Below are positions 13,316-26,639 of a DNA stretch of 64,000 nucleotides, piece after piece. Both the position numbers and the translations under genes were made by a program. Position 1 is the stretch's first letter. Every line of letters begins with the position of its first letter. The notes beneath the pieces were generated by a model. It was not told the DNA's origin and made no database searches. It saw only the letters and a program-made list of their open reading frames with translations. The stretch is from Psilocybe cubensis (lineage: Eukaryota): NCBI GenBank assembly GCA_017499595.2, contig CM039001.1, positions 2,356,001 through 2,420,000 on the forward strand, read 5' to 3'.

Positions 13316-14533
13316 TTAAGCAGTGGCGGCGGCGGCGGCAGGGGTGGCCTCGGTGGCTCCTTCAGTGGCGGGAGTGGCCTCATCGGTGGTCTCATCGTGG
13401 GGGGTGTTGACGGCAACTTTGACAGCGATAGCGCGTCCAGCAACCTCTTTACCCTCGAGAGCGGCAATAGCTTTGGCTTGTTCGGCCTCGCTTCCGACAT
13501 CAACGAAACCATAACCCTTGGACTTTCTGGGATGTCCCCAGCGCCTGCGGACAATACGGGCGCTGACGACGTTGATACCAGCCTCAGTGAAGAGGGCAGA
13601 AAGGCCAGCATCGTCGACGTTGAAACCGAGGTTGGCGACGAAGAGCATGGTCTTTGAAGGCTCACCGGCGGGGTCCTCGCCAGCAGGGCGAGGTGGTCGG
13701 GGAGCCTTGGCTTTGCGGGCACGAGGCTTCTTGGCAGTTCCCTCGGCTGCAGCTTCGCCCTCTGCAGGAGCAGCAGGGGCAGCAGCGGGAGCCTCAGAAG
13801 CTTCAGCCTCTGCCTTCTTGGCCTTGCGCTATTAAAAAACATGAGAAAAAAGCGAAAAAAAAAAAAAAAAAAAAACTGAAATTGAGAAACTTACAGCAGC
13901 CTTGGACTTTTTCTTCTTCTTGGGTTTAGGAGCCTCCTCACCCTCGGGGGCAGAGGCAGCGTCGGGTTTGGGAGCCTCACCGTTAGCTTCGGCCTCTGAG
14001 ACTTCCCCGGGGACGGCCTTGCCGCCACGCCTGCCGGGTCTCCTCTTTGCCTTTTTCTCCTTCTTCTCCTTGTCCTTTTGTTCGGACGGTTTGGCAATCT
14101 CCACGATTACCTGACGGCCATCGAGTTCCTTCTTGTCAAGGGCATCGACTGCCTTTTGGGCGGCCTCTGCTGTCGCAAGGGCAACGAAACCATAGCCCGC
14201 AGAGCGGGTACCGCGCAGGATGACTTGCGCAGAGAGGCTGTATAAAAGAAAGGAGGGATGAACATGAAATAGAAAAAAGAGGCTGTGTAGAATGTGCCAC
14301 GTACATATCGTTGGCGACAGGAGCAAAGAAAGCCTTGAGCCCTTCATCTGTAGTCGAGTAGGAAAGGTTTCCGGCGAAAACCTGAAGAAAGAAAAGAAAA
14401 GAAAAGAGAAAAGATGAGATGAAAGAAAGAGAAAGTAATGAAAGAGGGGAAATACTTTGAATCCGGGAGCCTCTTCGACTTTCTCCTGAACGACTGCGTT
14501 CTCAGGGACAGAGGCGGCGGGAACGTCAGACAT
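13316..14533 (-). CDS. RNA-binding protein with two RRM domains
   Basis: RRM1 VFAGNLSYST...RSAGYGFV and RRM2 LFVANLGF...KSKGYGFVDV, joined by a Lys/Ala/Glu-rich linker. Three introns. Confidence 0.9.
13855..13875. repeat. Poly(A) mononucleotide run (poly-T on the gene strand) in an intron of the RRM gene
   Basis: 21 consecutive A residues. Confidence 0.85.
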
Positions 14534-15072
14534 GATGATGGGCTTTGGTGAACTGGTGAGTTTTTGTAGTGGATGAACGGGGCTGTTGAACGGTGAACCG
14601 GTTTCTTGGTGTCAAACTTGAAGGTTAAAGAGAAGCGAAGAGACTGGGGCATGTCTTTTATGTGTGCGCGCGTAAACATGACACAACTTTCACCGCCCCT
14701 TTTGGACATCAAGAACAATCGCCATGGCAGTCATCCAGGAGACTGATCAAATCTACGAAACAAACACAAACGACTAGCAGAGACTATGGCGCGCACAGCG
14801 AAGAGGGAGATGCGATGAGGAGACGACTAGAGAACAAGACAAAAAGTACTACAGACTACAACAGAGACTATGTACGCCCACGACACAACTTGGCGATAAA
14901 AGGCCGCAGGGTCCGTGCATTGATGGCACTCGGCAGACGCCGTGTGTTTAAATTCAAAAATGCAGAGAATGGCGACGGCGCTGTTCAATCTTCTTCTCTT
15001 CTACTCCTCCTCCTCCTCCGACTAGATTCCTGTTCCTCTACACTCTTTTGTCTTCCGTTCTTTCACGACGCG

Positions 15073-16420
15073 ATGGCCTCCAAGCTCATCAATCTCATAG
15101 CCCTCTCTTCTCTCGTTATCCTTGCCTGTTCTCTGGGTCCTGCTCCTGTCAACGCCCTCTCAATAGACACTTCTCCCAACCACCATGCCCGTCATCTCGG
15201 CCACCACCAGCTCATAGCAAAGAAGAAGCGCGCTGACTCCAGGCGCTGCAAGCCCAGACCCAGCTCGTCCCTCGTTAAGCCTTCCTCTACCAAGGCTGCA
15301 GTTCCGTCAAGCAGCGTCAAGCCTGCTGTCGTCACTCCCGCTCCAGCTCCTACCACAAAGGCCGCTGCTCCTCCCAAGACAACTCAGGCCCCAGCCCCTC
15401 CACCCCCCTCTACCAACGCGGGTGCCAAGGTCGGAATTGCTTGGCCCATGGGTGACGACCCGTCTCTCAAGAACTTCAAGACCAACAAGGTCTCCTTGTA
15501 TGTCCCACGCTTCTACTTTTTTTTTTTTACTCAATACTTATCATTTTGTTAGCCTGTACACCTGGTCGCCCAACAAGCCTGCTAACGCGGATGCCCTTGG
15601 CTTCACCTTCATGCCCATGTTCTGGGGCCCCAAGGATATTGCCAACTGGCAGCGTCTCGTTAAGCCCGGTTATGCTCGTTTCGCCCTTGGTTTCAATGAG
15701 TGTGTTCAATTTTTCATATCAACCAACACTTTTATTAATAATTTAACTTTGACAGGCCTGATCATGCCGGTCAGGCTGCCCTTGATCCTGGCTACGGTGC
15801 ATCCCTCTGGAAGCAATACATTGAGCCCCTCAAGAACAACGGATACACCCTCATTTCCCCTGCTGTTACATCTGGTTCTGGTGGTATTCCTTGGCTCCAA
15901 AGCTTCTTCGGCGCTTGCGGTGGTGGATGCACCGTATGTGTTATTTTTTCACCTCACTATCATCCTCACTAATAAATTTCTGACATAGGTTCATGCTATG
16001 GCTCTTCACTGGTACGGCACTAACCCTCAAGACTTTATCAAATACGTCGAGAACTTCCACAATGTCTTCCAGAGGGATATCTACGTCACCGAATTCGCCT
16101 GCCAGGTATTTACATACATTTTTCTCGTTACATTTTGTCATCTCACCCTTTTGCACTTTAGAACTTCTCCGGTGGTGCTCAGTGCTCGCAACAGCAGGTT
16201 CAGACCTTCATGGATACCGTGACCGGCTGGATGGACGCCACCAGCTACATCAAGGGCTACATGGCTTTCGGTAGGCCTTCTTACTTGTTTCAGTCTTGCC
16301 CTCAGTCTCTAATATGTTTGCAAAGGTGTCATGCACGACATGTCCGGTGTTAACCCCCTTAACCAGCTCATGGCTGGCAACGGTCTCCCCACCCCTCTTG
16401 GGTACGACTACCTCAACTAA
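15073..16420 (+). CDS. Secreted glycoside hydrolase family 128 (Asl1-like beta-1,3-glucanase)
   Basis: Signal peptide, KKKR processing site and Pro/Thr/Ser linker. Then KVGIAW, LYTWSP, FMPMFWG, LGFNEPD, LISPAVT, ALHWYG and IYVTEFAC, which carry the GH128 catalytic Glu motifs. Confidence 0.92.
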
Positions 16421-16932
16421 AGGAACAGTGTTATCTATCCACCCACCGCATTCACTTACATATGATACCCCCAACATAACTTCATGACCGTATCTCATTT
16501 CCAACTTCAAGTGCCAGTCACTGATGACTCTGACCTCATGTCGTGTTCTTATGTTTGGATCGTTACCGGTTATCGACGTCTCCCCTGATGTAATGCTGCG
16601 CATCCGACCCGTATTTCATAGCTTTTCTCATTTTTTATCTACTTTATACAATTACCGTACCTTTGCAAGGAATTCATACCGACTGGTATTGTACTGGTAC
16701 TATACTACCTCGGGCTGGGAAAAATAAACTACCAAGTCCGGTTGTTAGGCCATGATAACCGGTATGTTTAATTTGCTGCCGTGAGCTTCAACTTGCGTAC
16801 ATATGGTTGCAGGTGAGAGACTCGTTATTGACGACATAAATCCCCTCAATGTCCGAATATAAATATCTCTCGGTTCTTTCTTCTTCTACAGGGAGTAAAT
16901 CAGCGACGCCACCTGAGGAATTCTGCACTGAA

Positions 16933-18314
16933 ATGGCCAATGTCAAGTTATCTTCTGCGATCAAACACCTTTTGAGCCTCCGCAGCCCAAATGCATTGCC
17001 GAGTCCCTCCTTGGGCCAGCTTAACAAAGTCTTTACCACTACTTTTCGCGACGCACAAGCAAAGAACGCGGAAACCGGGTGGCTGGTTGCGACGGTATGG
17101 CACTCAATCTCCCGTTCTCCATATGCTTTTCGTTTGTCGGACGGTCTAAACCAAACTCGATCCTATTTCTCTCATTCTAGACTTGCACACTCTTGTCAGC
17201 GAACCGGCCTTCAGCGGTTGGACAGCTCTATCGGTTCGTCACAAGGTCCACCTTGGACAAAGATGCAGAGCAAAAGCCCTTTGACCTCCCGAACGCGATC
17301 AATAAAGCTGCCTTGATGAGGGAGTCTGCTCTGAAGAGCGTCATCTTTGTCGGCGTTCCAAGAGTGAGCACATATACTATGAACCCCACCCCTGTTTTTT
17401 GTCTGATGTCCCATAACCTTTTTGGCTTTCCCAGGTCATTCTTTCCTTAAGTGCATTGCATGAAGCGCTCGATGACGAAGTCAAACATGCTTTGAGGACA
17501 AACTCGAAAAGGTGAACTTTCTTTTCAGGCCATATTTTTATCCTCAGTGAATGTGTGGTCCGAGGTATTGAGTCTTTTTTTTCTGACATGTTCACCTTTG
17601 TTCGGAAACTATATCCAGGACCGCAACCTCGGATAGCATCGAATCGATTGTGACACGGGGAAAAGGACTCTGGAATTCAATCTACACGCCTCATGCAGAT
17701 AAACTCCACGACAAGTTGGGTTCTTACCACCCAGATTTCATTTGTAAGTCGTACACGTTCCGCTTTGTCTGACATATTCCTTCCAATCTTGGCGTATAAT
17801 TCACGCAGTGTCTGCCGAGTTGGATCTGTGGCTTTTTGACCCACTCGCCTGATCGTTATGTTGTTCTGTCTTCCCTCTTCCTTGTTGGGCGATCTCCTCA
17901 TTGACATGTATTCGTTTCCTCTTCTCCCCCCTTCCCCTTTTTTTATTTTTTCTCCCACCCCATGCAGCGTTCATAATCCAGTGCTATGGCGCCGTCCTCT
18001 CTCCTCTGCCGGGCCAGACTAGAGGCTATACAGATGTCAGTGGCGCGGACGATCTCGATCAAGGAAACTTGAGTCGCGCTATGGGATCCGTCGTCGGGAT
18101 CGCGACCTTACGCGCAGAGGGCGGGGTCGGGCCCCAGCTTACAAGCCACGTCTTCGGACTCCTCAAGGCACGCACCACGGAGAACCTTAGCGAAGAAGAC
18201 AAATGGCTTTCCAGCGACGAAGGGACTGAATGGGTGATTCGCACCGTCGACGAGGTCCTCGATGGTGTGTCAGCAGAAGATCAGGATCAGCGGCAAGTCA
18301 AGGCCAAATTATAA
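16933..18314 (+). CDS. AhpD/carboxymuconolactone-decarboxylase-fold protein (Pxp2-like) with C-terminal PTS1 (AKL)
   Basis: LMRESALKSVIFVGVPRVILSL, RGKGLWNSIYTPHADKLHDKLGSYHPDF, YGAVLS and GVGPQLTSHVFGL. Ends ...VKAKL*. Confidence 0.75.
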
Positions 18315-18778
18315 GTAATAATACGGAACATTAGGGTCTGGTGACCTCTGTTTGTGTGTTTTTTTATTTTGCTGTTCTGGACGAAATGTACTTGTGGAAC
18401 GCAAATTGCATCGTGTTTACTGTATTTCAACTTTGACCTCGCCTCGCGTCTTTGCGCCGGAATGGTCCACCATCCCACACGCCCCCCCTCATTACACTCT
18501 GTAGCACGTGAAGCTCCAGATCTCCTCTCTAACATCGATAAAAAAACAAATGCCTGTTTCCGAAGAAAAACGTGTATCACGATTTCGTATTCGCAGCTTA
18601 TCTCAACCCACTTCGCGGCTATGCAGTCCATAATGCATTTCAGATTCTCATGTCGTCACTGAAAGAAGAAGAGCGAATATAGGCATTTTAAAGCGGGTAT
18701 CATACACAACAGGTTGAAATTATACTACATGTGGGGAAAGCAAAAATTGGAAAGCGCATGTGGGACGAACAAGACGTT

Positions 18779-19660
18779 TCAGAGATTCCAAGCCGCACAG
18801 AAGCGATATAACATGGCAGTGAGTGTCACCATATCCATCATGGGTGGGTGCATCTGAATTGTACACATCGTTTTTAGCAAGTGTTTTCTTTTTCTTTAAG
18901 CCCCCCGCAAAGTAACCGACGCCTCGGCGAGAAAATAAAATAAAAAGAAGGCTTACCACTGTACCCATTCCAGCTGTTCGGATGTAATGAAGTTCGCCAT
19001 AGACGTCTCCGATTTGGTATCGAGTTTGCCGGGTCGGTCGGAAAAACGCAATAATTTCACCGTTAGGATCTTGCAGCTACACAATCTACTTTTTAGCGGT
19101 GGAGAGATATAAACAACATAAAGACGCCATACCACCACATCCACGCTCGTGGTACTCGGTCTCCACCGATATTGAAGTCCATCAGGTCCAGTAAAGCAAC
19201 GCGCACCCTAAGCTCAACGTTAGAGATATGCTTTTTGGCAGGACAACGATCGCCGATGGAGCACGAACGTAGATTGTAGGCTCCGGTCGCGCTAGGTCAA
19301 CCATTCGCAAGCTGTTCTATCGAGCAAAGTGTTGGATCAGTTCGGCATGCGCGTCCTAAGTAAGGCCGACCAACCTTGCCCATCACGACGCGTCCAAGCC
19401 CGCCATTTGGTGCCCACTCGAGTTTCGCGATACGATCCTCCTTGTTGGGTCGGAGGGTGCGCCACATAGTGGTAACGCTCGTGCCATTCTGGCTAGTGCT
19501 GGTCTATAGATGTCCGGTGAGTCAATCTATTAGCAAAACTCTGTTGCTCGGTGGCGTGGCGAACCTGGAATCGGTAAAGAATACCCCACGAGTTGAACAG
19601 CAAACTTTCTCGAGAATCCTGGTTTGTCCAAGAAAGCACGTCATTGGAAGCTGATGCCAT
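18779..19660 (-). CDS. Agaricomycete DUF6593-like hypothetical protein (6 exons)
   Basis: Spliced: MASASNDVLSW..DSRES.LF...ILYRFQ|TS...TTMWR...RIAKLEW..NGGLGRVVMGK|...|GARCFTGPDGLQYRWRP|LQDPNGEIIAFFRP...GELHY|MHPPMMDMVTLTAMLYR. Confidence 0.72.
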
Positions 19661-20769
19661 TGTGAGGGAAACTGATATAGTGAATGAACCACAGACGAAG
19701 AGTGCTCTGAGAAAACGTAGAACTCCATCTACGCGGTCGTTTTTATACTCCAGGATGAGATGGTTTCGCATCCATTTCCAAGTGGGACAGATGATCCATT
19801 GAACCGATCGGGAACGTGGTATTTGGTAGCAGACATAAAAATGAAGTTTGTCCCAACGTGTCAAAGTGGAAGTAAGGGTTCGAAATGCTTTCGGTTTGGT
19901 CAAGTGGAGCGAGGTTCCGGTTGGCCAGCCAGACTATCGCAAGATCGAAAAACACGAGTCCCAAGGCAAGCGCGCTTGGATCATTCGATTGGTTCGCTAG
20001 AGTTCAATGTAGCAAAAAAAATATAAAATAACCCGATCTAGAGATGTTCCATTTCCCCTTTCAAGAGACTCATCTGGGTGTGCTCTCCATCAGAGGACCC
20101 CCGAGAGAAATTGATTTGAGAAGAGATAATTAGAGGCGACCGGACTTTTAGTGATGCAATTGATGGTCTGTGGCTTGCCAGGACCACGAGGCAGTTCTTC
20201 TTTGGCAAGTCAGAAATAAGGACCACACTTGGAGGTGGGAGGTAGATGCCAGCGTGTAAATTTGTATCCGGGGTTTAGAAAAAGCATGCCTTCATCGTGT
20301 TCAGATACTGTTTCCGGCCGAAAGGCACAAGAGATAAGAGAAGCAATTGTGTGTGTGCGTAATAATAATCGCCTTAGCGTACACCAGGGTTTACAGTGCA
20401 ATTTTGGCCTTGACAGCGCGACAGACACCGAAAATGAGCAAGTGTAAATTGATATGGTGCCGTCTCTGTGCAGAGCCCTCAGAGCGTCGTCGATCAATTC
20501 AGAAGTTTAATTTCGCCAATGACATTGACTGCTTGGCTTGAACTGCGAAAAATATCCGCATTCAAGTAGTGGACTTCTGGGTGGGACAGATAGATAGACA
20601 TACTCGATCCAACCTAATGTGAAAGATATTCTCGGTGATAGTGATAAGTTCGATAATGGTATAAAATCGATAGAGGCAATGAATGGAATAAGGATATATA
20701 GTCTGAAAAATAAATCAACAATCTCCAAGACTATAGCCGCGAAGAGCTCACGCACTATTACATGTATAA

Positions 20770-21273
20770 TTATGGGACAACCTGAACACCCAAACTTCTT
20801 GCACTACCCACAAGCATTCTGGCAATAGACTCCAATGGCAAGGTTTTCATGTGATCATCCGAAGCCTTGATTTTTGCAATTTCGTATACGTGTTTGAGAC
20901 TGATTGTCCCAGTAACTTCGTGCCCCGGTTTTCCTGTTCCTTTCTCGATACCAGCAGCTTGCTTGATGAAGTAGGAGGCAGGCGGCGACTTTGTCACAAA
21001 AGTAAAAGTACGGTCAGGTTGAACCGTAATAAGAGTCGGGATGGGTACACCGGGTTCTATGTGGGCTGTTCTGGCATTGAATTCTTTGCAAAAGTCCATT
21101 GACTTTACACCGCGTGCACCTAGAGCTGGACCGACTGGGGGTGTAGGGGCAGCTTTTCCAGCTGGGATGAGTAGCCGCTATGGTACCGGAAAATCATTAC
21201 ACAGAAAGATACAGGAATGTGCGCATTTTCGTACCACAATTTGGGCCCTAGCCTTTCCTGCTGCCTTGGACAT
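20770..21273 (-). CDS. MRPL19: Mitochondrial ribosomal protein L11 (uL11m)
   Basis: RLLIPAGKAAPTPPVGPALGARGVKSMDFCKEFNART...ISLKHVYEIAKIK...GSARSLGVQVVP. One intron. Confidence 0.95.
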
Positions 21274-21500
21274 TGTTGGTAGACGCGAGGGACGCTTTGA
21301 CCTCGGTTAAATGAACCAGTCTAAGTGCTAGTGAGTTGCAAGTCCATCAGAAAAGTTGGCCAAGTAAGTTAGTCGCCGCTGCACGTGCTTGATCACATGA
21401 CTTGTATTTGGTGGGTGTGACGCGTTTGAAGCCTAAGGGGCTAGTGCGTCGGTTGTTGTTCAAGTTGAATTGCTTCGTTTCTCTTCCTTAACTCGCAATT

Positions 21501-23698
21501 ATGAAGTCTTTCGCAATTCTACTGTCTCTTATTTCTCTTATATCTGCTACTCCCTTGCAATACGAAGGACAGACTCCCTTTAACGCACAAACGCCCATTT
21601 ACCCAGGGTTCAACCTCGACCTGAACGCTCGTCGTCTTGTTCAATTGGAAGGTCAAGAACCAGTATGGATGACGGAACTGGAAAAGGCTTGTCTTTAATC
21701 CTCCTATATACTCCACGCTTCTGATAGTAATATATGGCTAGATTCAAATCAAGTCCAATGGAGTCAAGTTCTTCGACATGTAAGAAGTCATTTATTTACT
21801 ATGTTCTACGCGAAATTCACAAATTCTGATTTAGAACTGACACGAAGGATCTTGGCGCCTCGGTTGACTTTACTCTGAGACCCAGACGTAGGGGTTTTAT
21901 TGTTGTTCAGCCTGTACACTAGCGCTCAGTGTCATTTCGTTGACATATAGCTGTCTTCCCAACTCCTAACGCCACCGAAATTGTGAAGCCAATTTTGAAG
22001 ACCTTGTCTACGGCCGGTCCCGAAAAGAACTTGAAAAAGTTCTCCAGCTTCCGAACCAGATGTAGGTGCTCTTCTGAATATAAGACGTTCATCAACTTAT
22101 CCCTCCTTTCCAGATTATCGTAGTGATGTATAGGCTCGCGTTTTATCCTTGGGCATGCCGCATATTGAACTAGAGCCTTTAGACCGGTAGGCAGAGCCAA
22201 CAATGGCTTCTATCGACAATTCAAGAGGTAATTATTTAGAGCTAATCGAATGTTTTCTTGTATTTTTATTCGATGATTGCAGATCACCGAGAAGCATGCG
22301 TCCGAATCCCTTCAGAAGATTATCACGACCAAGGAATTTCCTCACTCCTGGGGCCAAAATTCTATAGTGGGACAGTTCGTAGCTGGCTCACAGCTTAAAC
22401 TAATTCCGTCAATAGATTGTTCGTATTGAAGGGTCGTCTACGACTGACGATAGTGTCGTCGTTATCGGTGCTCACCAAGACAGGTGAATCATTTATGCTA
22501 TATGTCTCTATTTTAAAAATATGAATAAACATTTTTCGTTTCCAGCACCAACCTGTGGCCATTCCTTCCTGCACCTGGTATGTTTCTCTCGGAGAATGTG
22601 TATCAAATTAAAAACACGACATCATTTATATCATTGCACCACAGGGGCTGACGGTCCGTACACTGTAAAATTACTCAACCTTTACCGTTGTGCTCAATTC
22701 AGTCTATTGCTTTTCAAGATGATGGGTCTGGAACTGTGACCATCTTGGAATCCTACCGTGCACTTATTGCCGCAGACTTCCGACCTACTCGTACAATTGA
22801 ATTCCACTGGTACTCTGCAGAGGTGATATATCAGTCTAGGTTTCAATCCAGGAACCTGTCATTCTAACTTTCTTATCTCCAGGAGGGTGGGCTGTTGGGA
22901 TCTCAGGCCATCGCCAAAGATTATGAGGACCGCTCCATCAATGTCATTGCCATGAGTCAGGTCAGTAAATTTTCTGTCTCAACGCGTCTTTCTCTAAAAT
23001 TATAGCTAGTTCGATATGACGGCATGGGTCAAGGTTATTCATTCTTCCTATCGCTTGTGAAGAAACTCAACCATGTTTTCAACAGAGGGGAACACGCGAG
23101 GAAGTGGGGATCATCACAGACTTCACCGATGGCGGGTAAGAGAATCGAACTAGATTTTTATGCTGAATTTTCCACATTTTCTGAAACTGGGTTTAGCCTC
23201 ACAAATTTCAACAAGGCTTTGGTTGACTTGTACCTCGATATTCCATATGCAGAGGTGCGCTAGATATGCAACGAGACGAATTGGGACTGAAGTTAATTCT
23301 TGCAGACTAAATGCGGATACGCTTGCAGTGATCAGTTGAGGGATACAATCACTCTGGCTCCAGCCGTACACGCTGACCATTAATGTTGTTTTTAGCGCCT
23401 CGTGGCAGAAAGCAGGCTACCGCGCATCATTCACCATCGGTTAGTTAGTACCCCCATGCAAAATATGTATTACTGATGTCGTGCATATAGAGAGTACCTT
23501 CGAAAATTCGAATAAGAATATTCATTCGACTAACGAGTAGGTTCTCTTCTATGATTCGACTGAAAATGCCTTGACTGTTCTGTTCATTTTAGCCGTATCG
23601 ATATTTCTGACGAATTTAGTTTCTCCCACATGCTAGAGTTCTCGAAGCTGGCTGTCGCATTTGCAGTGGAGCTCGGTTCTTGCGATACATCCAAGTAA
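21501..23698 (+). CDS. Secreted M28 zinc aminopeptidase (leucine aminopeptidase Lap1-like), about 19 exons
   Basis: Signal peptide. Reconstructed motifs [49 protein letters not shown] and IHSTND. Confidence 0.92.
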
Positions 23699-23838
23699 AC
23701 AAGATTCGGGACTACCTTCCCCGATACCAGTATAGGGTGATAGAATATGGCGAATCATTTATGTCGACCGAATAATCTATATCCCTTTTTCTGTACGGAT
23801 ACCACTCATTTGTAGAGCAATGGAAACCGGTAACTTGA

Positions 23839-26148
23839 TTAAATCATTGGCACTCTTTTTACAAAAGTAAGACCCTTTTCACCATAGCAAACAACATCTG
23901 GCCCCGCAAAAACTGTATGAACAATCGACCCCATGTCTGCGTATTTTTGGGCTATTAATGGTTTCTGTGGACAAAGCAATACAACTATTAGTATGATGGA
24001 GCAGAGCTTTTCAGCAGATGAGACAACGATACCTTCAAGTTTCTAAAGTCCCACAGTATGACAGTACCGTCTTCGTATCCCCTCACAAACAAATTATTCA
24101 CGGTATCTCCACGACTATATCTGGTGGTGTTCGCCCGACTCGAACAGCCGACGTTTCTGGCACCGAAGGAACAATCGGCTGCTCTATTGAAACCACGTTT
24201 CCGGAGGTCGAAGATTTGGACTTGGAAATCCATGCTGTTCACCTATTTATAAATATTTTTTTGGGGCGGTTAGACGTAAATGAACACGGAACAGTGTTCT
24301 GAAGTAGAACGTGCCTCCAAAATGGTTACTTCGGGCGCCTGATTGTGTATTTGGTATACTGTATTGCTAAGCTGATTAACGATAGGTTTTGTCTCCAGAT
24401 GCGCGAGGTCTATCTGGAGGATTTTCTGAGACCCGCCCACTAGTAAGTTTGTATTTCTCACGGCCAGCGCTTCGGGTATTGTAGTAAGGGAAAGTATTTT
24501 AGTAGTGGCCGCCGACGTTGAACGTTCTATTGTTGACCAGAATATCAAATTTTTGTCGTAGCCGCCAGTAATGAAGTGGGTGCCTTTGACCACGAGGCAA
24601 CTTACGGCTTCCCTGCCTTTTGTGCTTCCAGAACCTGATGTTTTGTGGGGTGCATCATTTAATTCAGTAAGTGAAGGTGGAGAGCCCTGAATTTTTGACG
24701 CATTAGGTCCACAAACAAAGACCTGAAAAGATTCGTACCTTGGTATTATCTAGGCGAACTAATGCAATTTGACAAGGGCCATCGCCGAATCCAATGACGG
24801 CTGTATTATCAATCATCACCTTCGCGTCCACAGTGTGTCGGTATATTGAATCGTTTGATAGCGACATTTTAGAGATGCGATGTCTGCGGGCGTTTGGTAA
24901 CTTGGTCAACGGTCTAGAAACTAACTAAACATCCCACCTTTCCTTACGGTTGAAGAACTGGATGTCAGCTCTCATTGACACAGTTGCAATAGGCAATTCG
25001 GTGTCTTCCGATATGAGAATCCTTCTGGCTCTGTTGAACGGTGCTTTTGGAACATTCACTGTGTAGATATCTACGTCGATTATTTTTTCGTGACGACGAG
25101 GTGAACTGGCACGAGCATCTAAAGACCTGGTTCGAAAGTTGCTCATATCTCTGATTTCCAGCGGACCGCCGTTTGGTTCTGGTAGTATTGGTCTGCTTGA
25201 ACTACAAGCGCTAGTGCGGATAGCAGGGCAGATTCCAGACGATCCAATCACGGGTTCCGTCGATTGTAGATGGATAGGATCATGTAGGAAGAGCGGTAGA
25301 CATCTCCCAGAGTCCCTTGATTCTTTCCTGCCTTGAGTTTTGCTTCCATGAAAGTTTCCGCCAGCATTTCTTTTATCCATATCGTCATCGACCCCGGTTA
25401 AGTCAACGATCTCACAACGGCTAAAGGTTTTATTTACACCAGGCGCACGATTGTCGATTAGAGCTTCAGCGGGGTCTCGAGTTTTCCATAAGTCACTCGC
25501 CCTGTGTCGCAGGATCGAGTATGCCGCATGTGCAACATGCGAATGATAGAAGTCTAGAAACACCATATTATCTCGGGAAATTGTAACCTTACTGGCTCCA
25601 GAATAAAATAAATCAGCTGGATGAACAAAATAAAGAAATGAAGAAAAAAATATACAGACGGCGGTTTGACGAACCCGAGGTCAGAAAGAAAACCAAGTAC
25701 GTCTTTATTATCGACAGTCGAAAGCGCTTCCGGAAGGACAACGCAACTTTCCTTTATCTTTATACATTCATCGATATGATAACTTGAAGTCACAGAAGAA
25801 CTTGAATCGAAGGATGCCCTGTCTGATATGAACCTATCATATGGTGAATTGGATGACACAGCGGTAGTATGAAATCTTGCATCTGTATCCGAGTCATCTG
25901 CAGAACTTCAATATAGCCAAAAATCAGACTAAAGCAGTATTTGATAATGTAATGAATCATACTACTTACATGTCGATAGATTCATCTCCTATTATTTTGT
26001 CAAGAAGAGATGACTTCGGTGTAAATTTTGGGGTACTTCGAAGTGTACGCAACCTTTTCGTTTTGGAAGCATCCTCATTAGCCCCGTTTAGTTTTCCACG
26101 CTTTCTGTTTTTTGTAAAAGGGTCATCCAAGTTCGTTGTTAAAAGCAT
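23839..26148 (-). CDS. Hypothetical protein with C-terminal WD40-like repeats
   Basis: Exon fragments HFITGGYDKNLIFW, QVQIFDLRK and LFVRGYEDGTVILWDFRN. Basic NLS-like N-terminus KNRKRGK. Exon structure only approximate. Confidence 0.65.
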
Positions 26149-26639
26149 TGACAACGGCTAGATTGTTATATGTTTTTGACAAATAATAACTAGCAACAAG
26201 GAGAAATTCGAGTCAGTTCGAGTCAGTTGAACACGACCACTGGAATGGGCAGGACAAGTCCAACTTGTAGAACTCCGGGATAGTATCTCAGAAGGCAGCC
26301 TAGACTCGAGAAACCAGACGTAGAATGATCAGTTGATTATAAAAAGCTCCTGAAGATGTGCGCAAAGCTCAGTCAAGCACTGGATGCAGAATGTGTGTGT
26401 TGAACGATAATTGACGATAATCCTCCAAGGTTAGAAGTTTGGACAAACGGCAAACTTGAAACAACATTATCACGGGATCGAATATAAAGTGACAGAAAGT
26501 CACGGCAATATGGGCACTTTGTGATATGTGACTCATTCGACTTGGTAAGTTCGATCGCGCCAAGTTCTTTATTTGATTCTTGACATTTCTTTCTTCCAAC
26601 TTGCTTCCCTCTCACCTCAATTATACTGGATAGTCTTTG

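Noticed and set aside
14500..14533. MSDV.. start resembling an MSDIN cyclic-peptide precursor
   Set aside because: It is the N-terminus of the two-RRM protein. There is no MSDIN leader/core/follower structure.
14662..15072. Apparent N-terminal extension of the GH128 ORF
   Set aside because: The signal peptide starts at ATG 15073 after a CT-rich leader. The upstream frame is promoter/UTR sequence.
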